From assembly GCA_002713205.1 (NCBI GenBank), contig PAVW01000006.1, forward strand, positions 4,779 through 68,778: 64,000 nucleotides of DNA, read 5' to 3'. Shown piece after piece: positions 44,270 to 54,806 of the stretch. Made by a program: the position numbers and the translations under genes. The stretch is from Nitrososphaerota archaeon (GTDB taxonomy: Archaea; Thermoproteota; Nitrososphaeria; Nitrososphaerales; UBA57). The notes under the pieces were generated by a model, which saw only the letters and a list, made by a program, of their open reading frames with translations, was not told the DNA's origin and did not search any database. The number at the start of each line of letters is the position of its first letter. Positions within the stretch are counted from its first letter, which is position 1.

Positions 44270-47017
44270 ATGCAAAATAATGATATAGAAAAGAAAATCA
44301 TTTCACAATTTACAAAAATTGGATTTGTTAATTTAACAAATATACAAAAACAATCATATTCAATTATTAGAAAGAAAAAAAATCTATTGTTAGTAGCGCC
44401 TACAGGATCTGGAAAGACCGAAGCTGCAATTATTCCAATTATTGTTGAAATCATCAACAACAGGCCAGAGAAGAATAAAGTAAGTGTATTATATATCACT
44501 CCATTAAGGGCATTAAATAGAGATATTTTTGAGAGAATAATTAAGTATACGAAATTAGAAGGCGTAACAGCAGAAGTAAGGCATGGAGATACAACAAGAA
44601 TACAAAAACGTCGAATGATTGAAAATCCACCTGATGTATTAATAACTACACCTGAAACACTTGCAATTCTTGTAACAAATAAATCTACAAGAGTAATTTT
44701 GTCGTCAGTTAAATGGACAATAATTGATGAATTTCATGAACTAATTGGAAATGAACGCGGAACACAGTTGACATTATCATTAGAACGATTACAAAAATTA
44801 AGCAGTAACAAAATTGTAAGAATTGGTTTATCAGCTACACTAGGCGATGTTAATAATAGTTTAAAGCTTTTATCTGGAAATAATAATAAATATTTCTCAG
44901 AAGCAATTATAGACAGTACCGTAAGAGAATATGATATAGAAATAAAATATTTGAATGGAAATTTAGTTGATTTATCAAATTTAGTCTTAAAATATGTATT
45001 AGAAAAAAGAAAAACTACACTATTATTTACAAATACCAGAGTGGAGGCAGAAGCTATCGGGTCGATATTAAAGGCAAAATCACCAGAATTTCCAGTTGAA
45101 GTGCATCATGGATCTCTAGCTAAAGAAGTAAGAGAAAATACGGAATTAAAACTAAAAAGTAATGAACCAGTTCTGGTAGTATGTACATCTTCCCTTGAAT
45201 TAGGTCTAGACATAGGTAGTATTGATAGTGTTATTCAATTAGGTTCGCCAAGACAAGCTATCAAGCTTATTCAGAGAATTGGAAGAAGTAGACATAAAGT
45301 AGGGCAAACAGCAAAAGGCATCATATTTACAAATAAAATAGACGATGAAATAGAATCACTTGCTCTTGTTAATCGAATTAAGGATAAAGATTTAGAATCT
45401 ATTTCAATGCATGAGAAATCACTGGATGTTTTATCACATCAAATAACGGGCATGGTAATGGAAAATGAAAATTCCAATATAAATGACGTGTTTTTTATAG
45501 TAAAAAACGCATATCCATTTCGAAATATCACTAAAGAAGAACTTGTTGAATGTGTTATATTTTTACAAAAACACGGAATAATAGGATTTAATGGGGAAAA
45601 AATGTGGAGAAGAAGTAGAATATTTGAATATTATTATCAAAACATCTCCACAATACCAGATTCACTTCAATTTACTGTTAGAGACATTACGAAAAAGAAA
45701 ATCATTGGAAGATTAGATCAATTATTTGTAGGCGAATATGGTGAGCCTGGAAAAACATTCATATTGAAAGGAAATTCTTGGCGAATCATATCCATAGATG
45801 ACGAAAAAAAGATAGTTCATGTAGAACCAATTTTTACAGATATAACAAATATACCTCATTGGATAGGAGAACTTATTCCTGTAGACTTTGGAACTGCACA
45901 AAGAGTTGAAAAATTAAGAGAAGAAATTTTTAACCAGAAAATAAATACAAGCCCTGAGCAAAAAGAAAGAATTGTAAAGACATTTAATGCATTAAATGTC
46001 ATTCCCAATAATCAAAATATCATAATAGAAAAAAATGTAAAAAATAAATCAGTCATATTACATTGTTGTTTTGGTTCAAAGATCAATCAAACTATTGCAA
46101 CTTTATTATCTACAATAATTTCTTCAAAAAGCGGTGTTTTAATTGACGCAAAAACAGATCCATATAGAATTTTATTATCATCACAAGGACTGATTTCTGA
46201 AAATAATATTGAAGATGCAATTATAAACGAAATTGAATTAGAAGAGATATTAAAGGTGGCAATAGTCGGATCACATCCACTTAATTGGAAAATTTGGCAC
46301 GTATCGAAAAGGTTTGGAGTAATAAAAAAAGAAGCAGAATATGATAGACGAGCGGTTAAACTTATTCAAAAAAGGTATAAAAATACACCATTATATAAAG
46401 AAGTCATAAGAGAATTAATTTTAGAAAAATACGATATGGTGAATACTAAAAAAATTCTCCAAAAAATAAGGCAAAATAAAATTAAAATAATTTTTAAATC
46501 AATCAAGGAGTTCACACCTCTGGCAAAACCAATCTTAGAGCATGCTTCGACATTTGCAGCTCTTCCATTAACTGTTGAAAAAAGTATAATAGATCTTATA
46601 AAAAAAAGACTTGAAGAAACAAATAATAAATTAATGTGTATAAGTTGTGGAAAATGGGAAACCGTGATAAAACCAATCAATATAAAACAAAAAAATATGG
46701 GATGTAAAATATGTAAATCTAAATTAATAACTCGTACATTTGTAACAGATTATGATCTTTTAAAAATCATAAATAAAAAGAAAAAGGGGAAACAACTAAC
46801 TGATTCGGAAGAAATATCATTTAAAAAAGCATGGAAAGTTTCATCATTAATTCAACATTTTGATAAAAAAGCTATTATTACGCTATCAGGATTTGGAATA
46901 GGACCTGTTACAGCAGCCAGAATATTACGCAATACGTTTTCAGAAGAAGATTTATTTAAAAAAATATATGTTGCAGAAAAACTTTATGTAACTACAAGAG
47001 GGTTTTGGAAAGAATAG
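44270..47017 (+). CDS. lhr: Lhr-like ATP-dependent (DEAD/DEAH) helicase
   Basis: 915 aa with motif I APTGSGKTEAA, motif II IIDEFHEL, motif III SATL, HHGSL, and motif VI QRIGRSRH. It has the DEAD-associated C-terminal region and a CxxC...CxxC zinc ribbon (CISCGKW...CKICKSK). Confidence 0.85.
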   Translation: MQNNDIEKKIISQFTKIGFVNLTNIQKQSYSIIRKKKNLLLVAPTGSGKTEAAIIPIIVEIINNRPEKNKVSVLYITPLRALNRDIFERIIKYTKLEGVTAEVRHGDTTRIQKRRMIENPPDVLITTPETLAILVTNKSTRVILSSVKWTIIDEFHELIGNERGTQLTLSLERLQKLSSNKIVRIGLSATLGDVNNSLKLLSGNNNKYFSEAIIDSTVREYDIEIKYLNGNLVDLSNLVLKYVLEKRKTTLLFTNTRVEAEAIGSILKAKSPEFPVEVHHGSLAKEVRENTELKLKSNEPVLVVCTSSLELGLDIGSIDSVIQLGSPRQAIKLIQRIGRSRHKVGQTAKGIIFTNKIDDEIESLALVNRIKDKDLESISMHEKSLDVLSHQITGMVMENENSNINDVFFIVKNAYPFRNITKEELVECVIFLQKHGIIGFNGEKMWRRSRIFEYYYQNISTIPDSLQFTVRDITKKKIIGRLDQLFVGEYGEPGKTFILKGNSWRIISIDDEKKIVHVEPIFTDITNIPHWIGELIPVDFGTAQRVEKLREEIFNQKINTSPEQKERIVKTFNALNVIPNNQNIIIEKNVKNKSVILHCCFGSKINQTIATLLSTIISSKSGVLIDAKTDPYRILLSSQGLISENNIEDAIINEIELEEILKVAIVGSHPLNWKIWHVSKRFGVIKKEAEYDRRAVKLIQKRYKNTPLYKEVIRELILEKYDMVNTKKILQKIRQNKIKIIFKSIKEFTPLAKPILEHASTFAALPLTVEKSIIDLIKKRLEETNNKLMCISCGKWETVIKPINIKQKNMGCKICKSKLITRTFVTDYDLLKIINKKKKGKQLTDSEEISFKKAWKVSSLIQHFDKKAIITLSGFGIGPVTAARILRNTFSEEDLFKKIYVAEKLYVTTRGFWKE

Positions 47018-47018
47018 A

Positions 47019-47990
47019 ATGAAAAGGAAATCTTATTGCATATCACATGGAAAAGACGTAGATGGAATAGCATCAGCATCGCTGGTTAAAATGGTCACTA
47101 AATCAACTGTGTATCTTGTCAATTATGATAAAATAATCAAAGTGTTGAGTAGTATTGATGATAATTCCGAGGTATATGTTTGTGATTTAGGTATGAATGA
47201 TTCAATTGCAGATGACTTCATTAATGAATGTAAAAGAATAACTAAAAAAGGTCATTTGACTTACATAGACCATCATATTCTAAAACCAAATATTAAACGT
47301 AAACTTATAGAATCAAATATTACTCTAGTACATTCGAGAAAAGAATGTGCAGGCGTTCTAACATATGAACATTTAAAAAAATCACTGCCAAGAGGCGCAT
47401 CGATATTAGCATGTTATGCAGCAATAACAGATTATTTAGATAATCAACCAATTGCAAAGAGCCTAATAAGCAATTATGATAGGCAATTAGTTTTATTTGA
47501 ATCAACTATGTTAGCATACGCATTTGCATATAGTGGTGCAAGACAAAAATTTGGCAATCAAATTGTAGATGAATTTCAGAATCTAAAATTTCCACATGAA
47601 ATAAAAGATGTTGCAGAATTAGCAAATAAACAAGCTGAAAAAATGAAGGAGGTTATGGAAAAGATAAAGAAAGATGCCAAATATTATAGAAATTTTGCAT
47701 GTATGGAATCAAATGAATCAACCATAGGATTAGTTGCCAATTTGATAATTGGGGAATTAAATGTTCCAGTGGGATTTGCATATAAATATAATTCGAATGG
47801 ATACTATGAAATGTCTTTTCGTGCAAAATATGATTCGAAGGTAAATTTAGGTCAAATAGTTTCAAAAATAACTACTAAGATTGGCGGAATGGGAGGCGGG
47901 CATAATAAAGCCTGCGGGGCAAGAATACCTGAAGAAACATTTGATGATTTTATTAAATTATTTAAGAGAGAATTGAATAAAACAAATTAA
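47019..47990 (+). CDS. DHH/DHHA1-family phosphoesterase (NrnA/RecJ-like)
   Basis: 323 aa with HGKDVDGIASA, CDLG, IDHH and GGMGGGHNKACGA motifs. It starts 2 nt after the lhr stop. Confidence 0.75.
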   Translation: MKRKSYCISHGKDVDGIASASLVKMVTKSTVYLVNYDKIIKVLSSIDDNSEVYVCDLGMNDSIADDFINECKRITKKGHLTYIDHHILKPNIKRKLIESNITLVHSRKECAGVLTYEHLKKSLPRGASILACYAAITDYLDNQPIAKSLISNYDRQLVLFESTMLAYAFAYSGARQKFGNQIVDEFQNLKFPHEIKDVAELANKQAEKMKEVMEKIKKDAKYYRNFACMESNESTIGLVANLIIGELNVPVGFAYKYNSNGYYEMSFRAKYDSKVNLGQIVSKITTKIGGMGGGHNKACGARIPEETFDDFIKLFKRELNKTN

Positions 47991-48008
47991 TTTAAACAAA
48001 AAACAATA

Positions 48009-49340
48009 TCAAGGAGCAGGTTTAATAAATTTATTTCGCATCTGGTTTTTTGTTATGTTTCTAGATCGAGTTATAATATTCAGAGCATTTTCATAAATTT
48101 CTGTTTTGTCTAGTCGTATTTGAGCAATCCCTTCCTCAATTGCCTTCATTCCAACGGCTGCGGCTTCTCTTGCATATACTTCAATTTCATTCATATTAGG
48201 AATTATTTTATTTTCAGTTAATCCTTGTTCTTCGGCATAAGAAGCTAGTTCGTAAGCTGCGGCTAAACACATAGAATCTGTAAGTTTTTGGGCACGAACG
48301 TCGAGTGCTCCGCGAAATAATCCAGGAAAACCAAGAGAATTATTGACCTGATTTGCAAAATCAGATCTTCCAGTAGCAATAATTGCAGCACCTGCAGTTT
48401 TAGCATCCCAAGGCCAAATCTCTGGAACAGGATTAGCACAAGCAAAAATAATTGGATTATCAGCCATATTTTTAATCCATGATGGTTTAATAACATCAGG
48501 GCCAGGTTTTGAAAGAGCTATACATACATCAGATCCTTGTAATGATTCAGGTATTCCACCATCAAGTTGGTCTTTATTGGTTTGCTGAGCAATATTCCAT
48601 TTAATTTTGTTCTCTTGTAAATCTTCTCGTTGTAAATTTATAATTCCACGACTATCAACAACTACAACATTCTTAATATCCATTCCAGCTTTTTCCAATA
48701 ATCGAACTAGTGCAACATTAGCAGCACCACTACCAACAAGACTAATTTTCAATTTGTTAAATTTTTTATTGACGAATTTTGCAGAATTAATTAGCCCTGC
48801 AATTACAACTAGTGCAGTACCTTGTTGATCATCATGCCATACAGGTATCGGAAGAGTTTGTTGTAATTCAGACAATATATCAAAACATTTCGGGCTTTCA
48901 ATATCTTCAAGATTAATACCACCAAAAGTAGGAGCTATAATCTTACAAAATCGGATTATTTCATCTTTATCTTTTGTATCTAACATTAGTGGCACAGCAT
49001 CAACACCGCCAAGATATTTGAATAATAATGATTTACCTTCCATAACAGGTAGACCTGCTTCTGGACCAATATCACCTAATCCCAATACACGTGAGCCATC
49101 ACTAACTATGGCCACAGAATTTCCTTTATTAGTATGTTCAAAAACTTGTAATTTATCATTACTAATGTTTTTACAAGGCGCTGCAACACCTGGAGAATAC
49201 CAAATTGCAAAGTCGTCGAATGATCTTATAGGACATTTTACCATAGTTTCAATTTTTCCTTTATAATATGGGTGTAAAAGTAACGCATCTTCACCAGGTT
49301 TTTGGGCTTTTTTTTCTAATTCTTTTTTAGTTTTTTCCAA
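48009..49340 (-). CDS. NAD(P)-dependent malic enzyme (short, MaeB N-terminal type)
   Basis: 443 aa with GLGDIGPEAGLPVMEGKSLLFK and the dinucleotide fold LVGSGAANVA. Confidence 0.9.
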   Translation of the reverse strand: MEKTKKELEKKAQKPGEDALLLHPYYKGKIETMVKCPIRSFDDFAIWYSPGVAAPCKNISNDKLQVFEHTNKGNSVAIVSDGSRVLGLGDIGPEAGLPVMEGKSLLFKYLGGVDAVPLMLDTKDKDEIIRFCKIIAPTFGGINLEDIESPKCFDILSELQQTLPIPVWHDDQQGTALVVIAGLINSAKFVNKKFNKLKISLVGSGAANVALVRLLEKAGMDIKNVVVVDSRGIINLQREDLQENKIKWNIAQQTNKDQLDGGIPESLQGSDVCIALSKPGPDVIKPSWIKNMADNPIIFACANPVPEIWPWDAKTAGAAIIATGRSDFANQVNNSLGFPGLFRGALDVRAQKLTDSMCLAAAYELASYAEEQGLTENKIIPNMNEIEVYAREAAAVGMKAIEEGIAQIRLDKTEIYENALNIITRSRNITKNQMRNKFIKPAP

Positions 49341-49453
49341 TATATCACTAATAATTATTATTTTTTTTTAGATTTATTCTTTATGTAGGTAACTCTATCT
49401 GAAAATATAGAAAAGAATTATAGAGAGAAATAGATAATGAAGATGAACAACAG

Positions 49454-50476
49454 ATGAAAATAGCGATAATTGGATTAGGTGTTGCAGGTTCATATTTACT
49501 ACATACTCTAAGTTCTGAACATGAAGTTAAGGGATTTGAGATGCAAAAAGAAGGACAATTCGATGCGGTTTGTGCTTGGGGCGCATCAAAAAGTGAAATG
49601 AAGAAAATATTTGCGAGAATTAACATTAATTTTGATAATTATATCTTTTTCAATGGTAAAAATATTCATTTGGATTTAAAGGGAAAAATAAGAAAAATAG
49701 GGTGTAAAGGATTAATAACTTACAATAAACATCAATTAGAATTAGATTTAACCAAAGGACTTGATGCAAATTATGGAATAAGAATAACACCTGAAAACTT
49801 TTCAGTTGATGAATATGATTTAGTAATAGACGCAACAAGTCTGCAAAGAGTTATGTTACCAAAAGTTAAAGATCAACTTCTTGTACCTTGTGTAGAATAT
49901 ATGGTAGAATATGACAAGCCTCCATATGATGATTTCTATGTAAAACCGTTTAGCACAGCAAGTGGTTATTTTTGGTATTTTCCATTAAATGGAAAAATTG
50001 CATATGTCGGCGCAGGTGATTATTATAGGAAACACATGGAAGAACTAAATAAATTTAATAATAAACACGGAGGCAAAATACTAAAAAAAATTGGACGGCC
50101 AATTCGTTTATCGTCACCAGAATCGTGTCAACCATTTACGAAAGGGAATGTAGTTGGTGTTGGAGAAGCTATTGGAACTGTATTTCCATTAATAGGTGAA
50201 GGAATAATCCCCAGCTTACAATGTGCAGAATTATTGAAAAAAAATATTAATAATATTCCTCAATATATAGAAGATGTAAAAAAAGAATTCAAAGTGTATT
50301 CAGATGTTTTCAGAGTTATTAAATTAAAAATGAACAATAACCTCAATCCATACAATTTCATTCTAAATTCAGGTTCTATTTGGAAGACTTATCGTACAAT
50401 GAGGAAGCAAGAAGAAAGGTTCGGTCTTGAAGTTAAAATGAAAGATATGGCAGAGATACTATTAACACAGTTGTAA
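49454..50476 (+). CDS. FAD/NAD(P)-binding oxidoreductase (geranylgeranyl-reductase-like)
   Basis: 340 aa with an N-terminal KIAIIGLGVAGSYLL (GxGxxG) and a later GEAIG segment. Function is uncertain. Confidence 0.5.
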   Translation: MKIAIIGLGVAGSYLLHTLSSEHEVKGFEMQKEGQFDAVCAWGASKSEMKKIFARININFDNYIFFNGKNIHLDLKGKIRKIGCKGLITYNKHQLELDLTKGLDANYGIRITPENFSVDEYDLVIDATSLQRVMLPKVKDQLLVPCVEYMVEYDKPPYDDFYVKPFSTASGYFWYFPLNGKIAYVGAGDYYRKHMEELNKFNNKHGGKILKKIGRPIRLSSPESCQPFTKGNVVGVGEAIGTVFPLIGEGIIPSLQCAELLKKNINNIPQYIEDVKKEFKVYSDVFRVIKLKMNNNLNPYNFILNSGSIWKTYRTMRKQEERFGLEVKMKDMAEILLTQL

Positions 50477-50556
50477 GATTTATATCGAAGGTATTTCTAT
50501 TGTAGGTTGTTAAACAATGATACATGATAAAAATTATGTAGTAGGTGTTAATTTAA

Positions 50557-51702
50557 TTGCCAGAAAGTATAGTAAAATATTTAGCGAAACTAGAATTCGA
50601 AATAGATGGAATAGTAGATAAAGCCGATATAATTGGAGCAATTTTTGGCCAGACCGAGGGGTTATTTGGACCAGAAATGAATTTAAACGAGCTTCAAAAG
50701 AATTGGAAAGTCGGGAGAATAGAAATTTCTATTCAGCCACATAACGGTAAAGGTAAAGGCAATGTAACAATTCCTATGAGTACAGATATATCAACAGTTT
50801 CTTTGATAGCAGCTGCTGTTGAAGCAATAGATAAAGTAGGCCCATGTTCATCACATTTTAAGCTCAAATCGATTGACGATGTAAGAGCATTAAAAAGAGA
50901 AGCTATAGTAGCAAGAGCCAAAGGAATAATGAAAGATTGGAGTGCAAAAAGTGCCAGTGAAGGTGAAGATATTTTAAGAGATGTTTCAGATGTTGGTAAA
51001 AAAGTCAAAATAACAGCTTATGGGAAAGAAGAGCTACCTGCCGGCCCTGCTATAAATACATCAAAAGATATTATTATTGTAGAAGGAAGAGCAGATGTAT
51101 TAAATCTGTTAAGAGCAGGAATAGAAAATACAATTGCAGTAGAAGGCACAAATGTACCTGATGCAATTGCTAAATTGAGCAAAGAAAAACAACTTTCAGC
51201 TTTTCTAGATGGAGACAGGGGAGGAGACTTAATTTTGCGAGAATTGAATCAAGTCATTAAATTAACCAAGGTATCAAGAGCTCCAAAAGGAAGAGAAGTA
51301 GAAGAATTAACTCCAATTGAGATTTTAGAAATATTAAACAATGGTAAATTAAAAACAGTGGAGGAAACTAAAAGCGATATCAAGGATAAACAAATACCAG
51401 ACGGAATACCGTCTAAACTGATTGAAATTGGAAAACAAATCAAACAGGATCTTGAAGGAACGTTAGAATCACATGTTTATGATTCTTCTTTTAAAGAAAT
51501 AGACAAAGTTCCAGTTAGTGAACTAGTAAAAACAATAGAATCAAAAAATAAGATAGAGTTTATAATTTTTGACGGCATTATTACTAGTAGACTTATAGAA
51601 ATTGCAGAAAAAAAAGGAGTGAAAGTTATTATTGGGAATAGAATGGGAAAGATTGGAAATAATCCATCAATAAAAATGCTAACTTTTCAACAATTAGAAT
51701 AG
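50557..51702 (+). CDS. dnaG: Archaeal DnaG-type primase / exosome-associated TOPRIM protein
   Basis: 381 aa with TOPRIM motifs IIVEGRADVLNLLRAG and LDGDRGGDLI. The N-terminal domain is typical of archaeal DnaG. Confidence 0.85.
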   Translation: MPESIVKYLAKLEFEIDGIVDKADIIGAIFGQTEGLFGPEMNLNELQKNWKVGRIEISIQPHNGKGKGNVTIPMSTDISTVSLIAAAVEAIDKVGPCSSHFKLKSIDDVRALKREAIVARAKGIMKDWSAKSASEGEDILRDVSDVGKKVKITAYGKEELPAGPAINTSKDIIIVEGRADVLNLLRAGIENTIAVEGTNVPDAIAKLSKEKQLSAFLDGDRGGDLILRELNQVIKLTKVSRAPKGREVEELTPIEILEILNNGKLKTVEETKSDIKDKQIPDGIPSKLIEIGKQIKQDLEGTLESHVYDSSFKEIDKVPVSELVKTIESKNKIEFIIFDGIITSRLIEIAEKKGVKVIIGNRMGKIGNNPSIKMLTFQQLE

Positions 51703-51716
51703 AGTAAAATTGTAAC

Positions 51717-52784
51717 ATGTTATTAATTAGGCTTCAAAAAAGGCCTGGAATAGCTGTTATAACACCAGAAAATGTTGATGATCTATGGACAATACGTAGA
51801 ATTGTCATTCCAAAAGATATAATTTCTGGACATACAAAACGAGTGATTAAAGATAAAAGTGAACATGCACGGCCAGGTAAAGGAGAAAGAATAAGAGTTA
51901 AACTTAGTATTGAAGTGGAAAAAATTAATTTAGATCACTTGTTAGAAAGAATTCGCATATCAGGGAAAATCGTGGAAACTTCTGATGAATCAATAAGTAA
52001 AGGAGCTTACCATTCATTTAATTTAACAATTGGAAATTCAATTATTATAAAAAAAAATTATTTCGAAGATTTTCATATTAATTTAATTAAAAATAAAATA
52101 AAATCCACTGATAGATACATTATAATATGTATAGATAGACGGCAAGCAGGAATAGGTTTGATAACAGGGACTCATCTCAAATTATTTTCAAATATTGAAT
52201 CAGGTCTAGCTGGAAAAATGTATAAAACTAATACATCATATTCAAACTATTTTGATAAAATATTGAAAGATATTATCAATATTCATACAAAAGGAATAAA
52301 AATTATAGTTACTGGACCAAGTGAAATAAAAAAAGAATTTGTAAATTACTGTATTGGAAAAGCAAAAAATTTAGCCGAATATATTACGATCATAGAAGGA
52401 GTAGATTTAGGTGGTCAAGATGGAATTTTCATGTCGTTAAAATCACCAAATTTTAAAAATTTTTTACAGAAATCTGAATTAACAAAAGCTATCTTATTTA
52501 CTGAAGAAGCAATAAGCAGGATTTCAAGAGGAGATAAAAAAGTCTGTTTTACGTTCAATGATACTTTACGAGCAAGTAAGATGAGTTCAATAAATGTTGT
52601 AATGATTTCAAGTAAAATTTTCGAGGGGAGAAATGAAACCGACGTAATAGAATTATTAAATAATATAGAAAAATTTAAGGGAAGAACTTTCCTTTTAGAT
52701 AGTTCAACTGAAATAGGAAAACAAATTGATTCTTTAGGAGGAGTATTAGCCTTACTGAGATATCAAATGGATTGGGTAGATTGA
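51717..52784 (+). CDS. pelA: Pelota (mRNA surveillance / ribosome rescue factor)
   Basis: 355 aa with an eRF1-like three-domain layout. The N-terminal segment ITPENVDDLWTIRRIV is typical of Pelota. Confidence 0.8.
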   Translation: MLLIRLQKRPGIAVITPENVDDLWTIRRIVIPKDIISGHTKRVIKDKSEHARPGKGERIRVKLSIEVEKINLDHLLERIRISGKIVETSDESISKGAYHSFNLTIGNSIIIKKNYFEDFHINLIKNKIKSTDRYIIICIDRRQAGIGLITGTHLKLFSNIESGLAGKMYKTNTSYSNYFDKILKDIINIHTKGIKIIVTGPSEIKKEFVNYCIGKAKNLAEYITIIEGVDLGGQDGIFMSLKSPNFKNFLQKSELTKAILFTEEAISRISRGDKKVCFTFNDTLRASKMSSINVVMISSKIFEGRNETDVIELLNNIEKFKGRTFLLDSSTEIGKQIDSLGGVLALLRYQMDWVD

Positions 52785-53080
52785 ATAATCCAATCAAGAT
52801 ATTTAGAATTTGTATGATTCAATTCAAAATCTATAATTTCGGGAATTTCATAGCTATGATTTTCCTCTAAGAATTGTCGAAGTTGTTTAATCTTCTTATC
52901 AGTTGTTTTATAAATTACTAAATATTCATCATTGTTTTCAATTTTCTCATGCCAAGAATACATAGAATTAATAGGAAAGATATTGGCGCATGCAGCAATC
53001 TTGCTTTCAATAGCTAGTTTAGAAATTTTATTTGCTTCGTCGATAGAGGAAAATGTTGATAGTAATATTATTATTTTCAT
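52763..53080 (-). CDS. cutA: Divalent-cation tolerance protein CutA
   Basis: 105 aa with KIAACANIFPINSMYSWHEKIENNDEYLVIYKT and HSYEIPEII...YLDWI. Its 3' end overlaps the pelota 3' end convergently by 22 nt. Confidence 0.85.
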   Translation of the reverse strand: MKIIILLSTFSSIDEANKISKLAIESKIAACANIFPINSMYSWHEKIENNDEYLVIYKTTDKKIKQLRQFLEENHSYEIPEIIDFELNHTNSKYLDWIIQSTQSI

Positions 53081-53128
53081 AATCTATATTATAATCACTT
53101 GAAAATGAATTTAATGTTTTTATGATAA

Positions 53129-53728
53129 CTAAATAATCATCAGATCGACCAGGCCTTCTCTGATCAGTCTAATAGCGACAGCGCCAATTAATAGACCCAT
53201 AATTCTAGATATTGCTAATGAACCTTCTTTGCCAAATAAACGCATAAATCCTGATCCCAATCTGAGAGTTATCAAGCAAATAAACAATGAAACAGATATT
53301 ACAGCTAATTTCAAAAAGATTCCAGACATGACCAAAACATAACTAATGCTACCAGGTCCAGCTAATATGGGAGTAGCCAAGGGAAAGATTGCAAGACTAG
53401 ATTTAGTATTTTTGTTAAGATAATTTGTATTTCTACCAAGTACATATTCGACAGAAAAAACAAGAAGTACTATTCCACCAATAATTTTTAAATCTCCCAT
53501 GGTTATCCCTAAGATAATAAGAATAAACTGTCCAAAGAAACCAAAGAAGATCAATATGAGATATGATAAAAGGACGGATTTGTTTACCACTTTAATTCTT
53601 TCCTTTTTTCTTAATTTAGAAGTTAAAGAAGAAAACATAGGAACAGAACCAAAAGGATCAAGTATAGCTAACAATGAAATAAGAGACTGAAAAAACACTA
53701 TAGTTGATTCTGTCATCAGGATAGGCAC
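53129..53728 (-). CDS. MarC-family (UPF0056) integral membrane protein
   Basis: 199 aa, 6 TM, with LLAILDPFGSVPMF at the N-terminus, typical of MarC. Confidence 0.8.
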   Translation of the reverse strand: MPILMTESTIVFFQSLISLLAILDPFGSVPMFSSLTSKLRKKERIKVVNKSVLLSYLILIFFGFFGQFILIILGITMGDLKIIGGIVLLVFSVEYVLGRNTNYLNKNTKSSLAIFPLATPILAGPGSISYVLVMSGIFLKLAVISVSLFICLITLRLGSGFMRLFGKEGSLAISRIMGLLIGAVAIRLIREGLVDLMII

Positions 53729-53789
53729 ATATATTCAATAATTGAACTGATGAATAAGTCTATTTACAAGAGATTTGCTTTAACCATAT

Positions 53790-54740
53790 ATGAAAGTAAA
53801 TTTGTGTCTGAAATGTCAGGAGAAAGCAGTATATCACAGAAAATATTCAGGAGAAAATCTATGTCCAAATTGCTTTAATAATTCGTTAATTGAAAAAACT
53901 AGAAAAACAATTTCGAAATATAAAATGATAAATTATGGAGATAAAGTTGCAATAGGTGTATCAGGAGGAAAAGATAGTCTAGCGTTACTAGACATATTAA
54001 TTAAAATAAAAGAATACAAAGACTTTGAATTAATTGCAATTACAATTGACGAAGGCATTGCAAATTACAGAGAAGAGGCAATTGAAATTGCATTAAACGC
54101 TGCGTCAAAAGCAGGTGTCAAACAAGTAGTTTTATCATTCAAAGAACTTTTTAATTTTGGATTAGACGAGGCGTTAATGAATAGAAAAGAGAAGAAAATA
54201 ACATCCTGTGCAATTTGTGGGCCATTACGTAGAAGAGCAATAGAAATAGGTGCAAAAAAAGTAGGTGCAAACATAATTGCAACTGGGCACAACTTGGACG
54301 ATATATTACAGAGTTTCATGATAAATCTATTTAGTGGTGATGTTTATAGGATTAAAGCAGGAGATCCAAGAAAAGAAGCAAAAAAAGAATTCATGATTCG
54401 TAGGATAAAACCATTTATGGAAATTTATGAAACTGAAATTGCATTTTATAGTTTTTTAAACGAGTTACGCTTTCAAACTTTAGAATGTCCACACATGAAT
54501 GAAGGTATAAGAACTGAAATTAGAAATTCGCTGGATAATTTTGAAAATAAACATGCAGGTATAAAGCTAAGTTTAATTAAGTCTATGTTTGAAATTTGTG
54601 AGAATATAAAACTTAATCCAAAACAATTACAAAGTTGTAATATTTGTGGATATAATTCATCAAGCAATCCATGTTCGACTTGTAAAACGGTAGAATATAT
54701 TAGCGAACTAACCAGATCGTCTAGTTTAGAAAATAGATGA
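53790..54740 (+). CDS. PP-loop ATPase of the TtuA/NcsA (Ncs6/Ctu1) tRNA 2-thiolation family
   Basis: 316 aa with an N-terminal CxxC...CxxC pair, the PP-loop GVSGGKDS, and a C-terminal CNICG...CSTC. Confidence 0.8.
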   Translation: MKVNLCLKCQEKAVYHRKYSGENLCPNCFNNSLIEKTRKTISKYKMINYGDKVAIGVSGGKDSLALLDILIKIKEYKDFELIAITIDEGIANYREEAIEIALNAASKAGVKQVVLSFKELFNFGLDEALMNRKEKKITSCAICGPLRRRAIEIGAKKVGANIIATGHNLDDILQSFMINLFSGDVYRIKAGDPRKEAKKEFMIRRIKPFMEIYETEIAFYSFLNELRFQTLECPHMNEGIRTEIRNSLDNFENKHAGIKLSLIKSMFEICENIKLNPKQLQSCNICGYNSSSNPCSTCKTVEYISELTRSSSLENR

Positions 54741-54806
54741 GACTAACAATTTGTTACTAACATTAATAGTGAGAGTTTTATACCAGAACTAGTTAATACT
54801 TTCATA

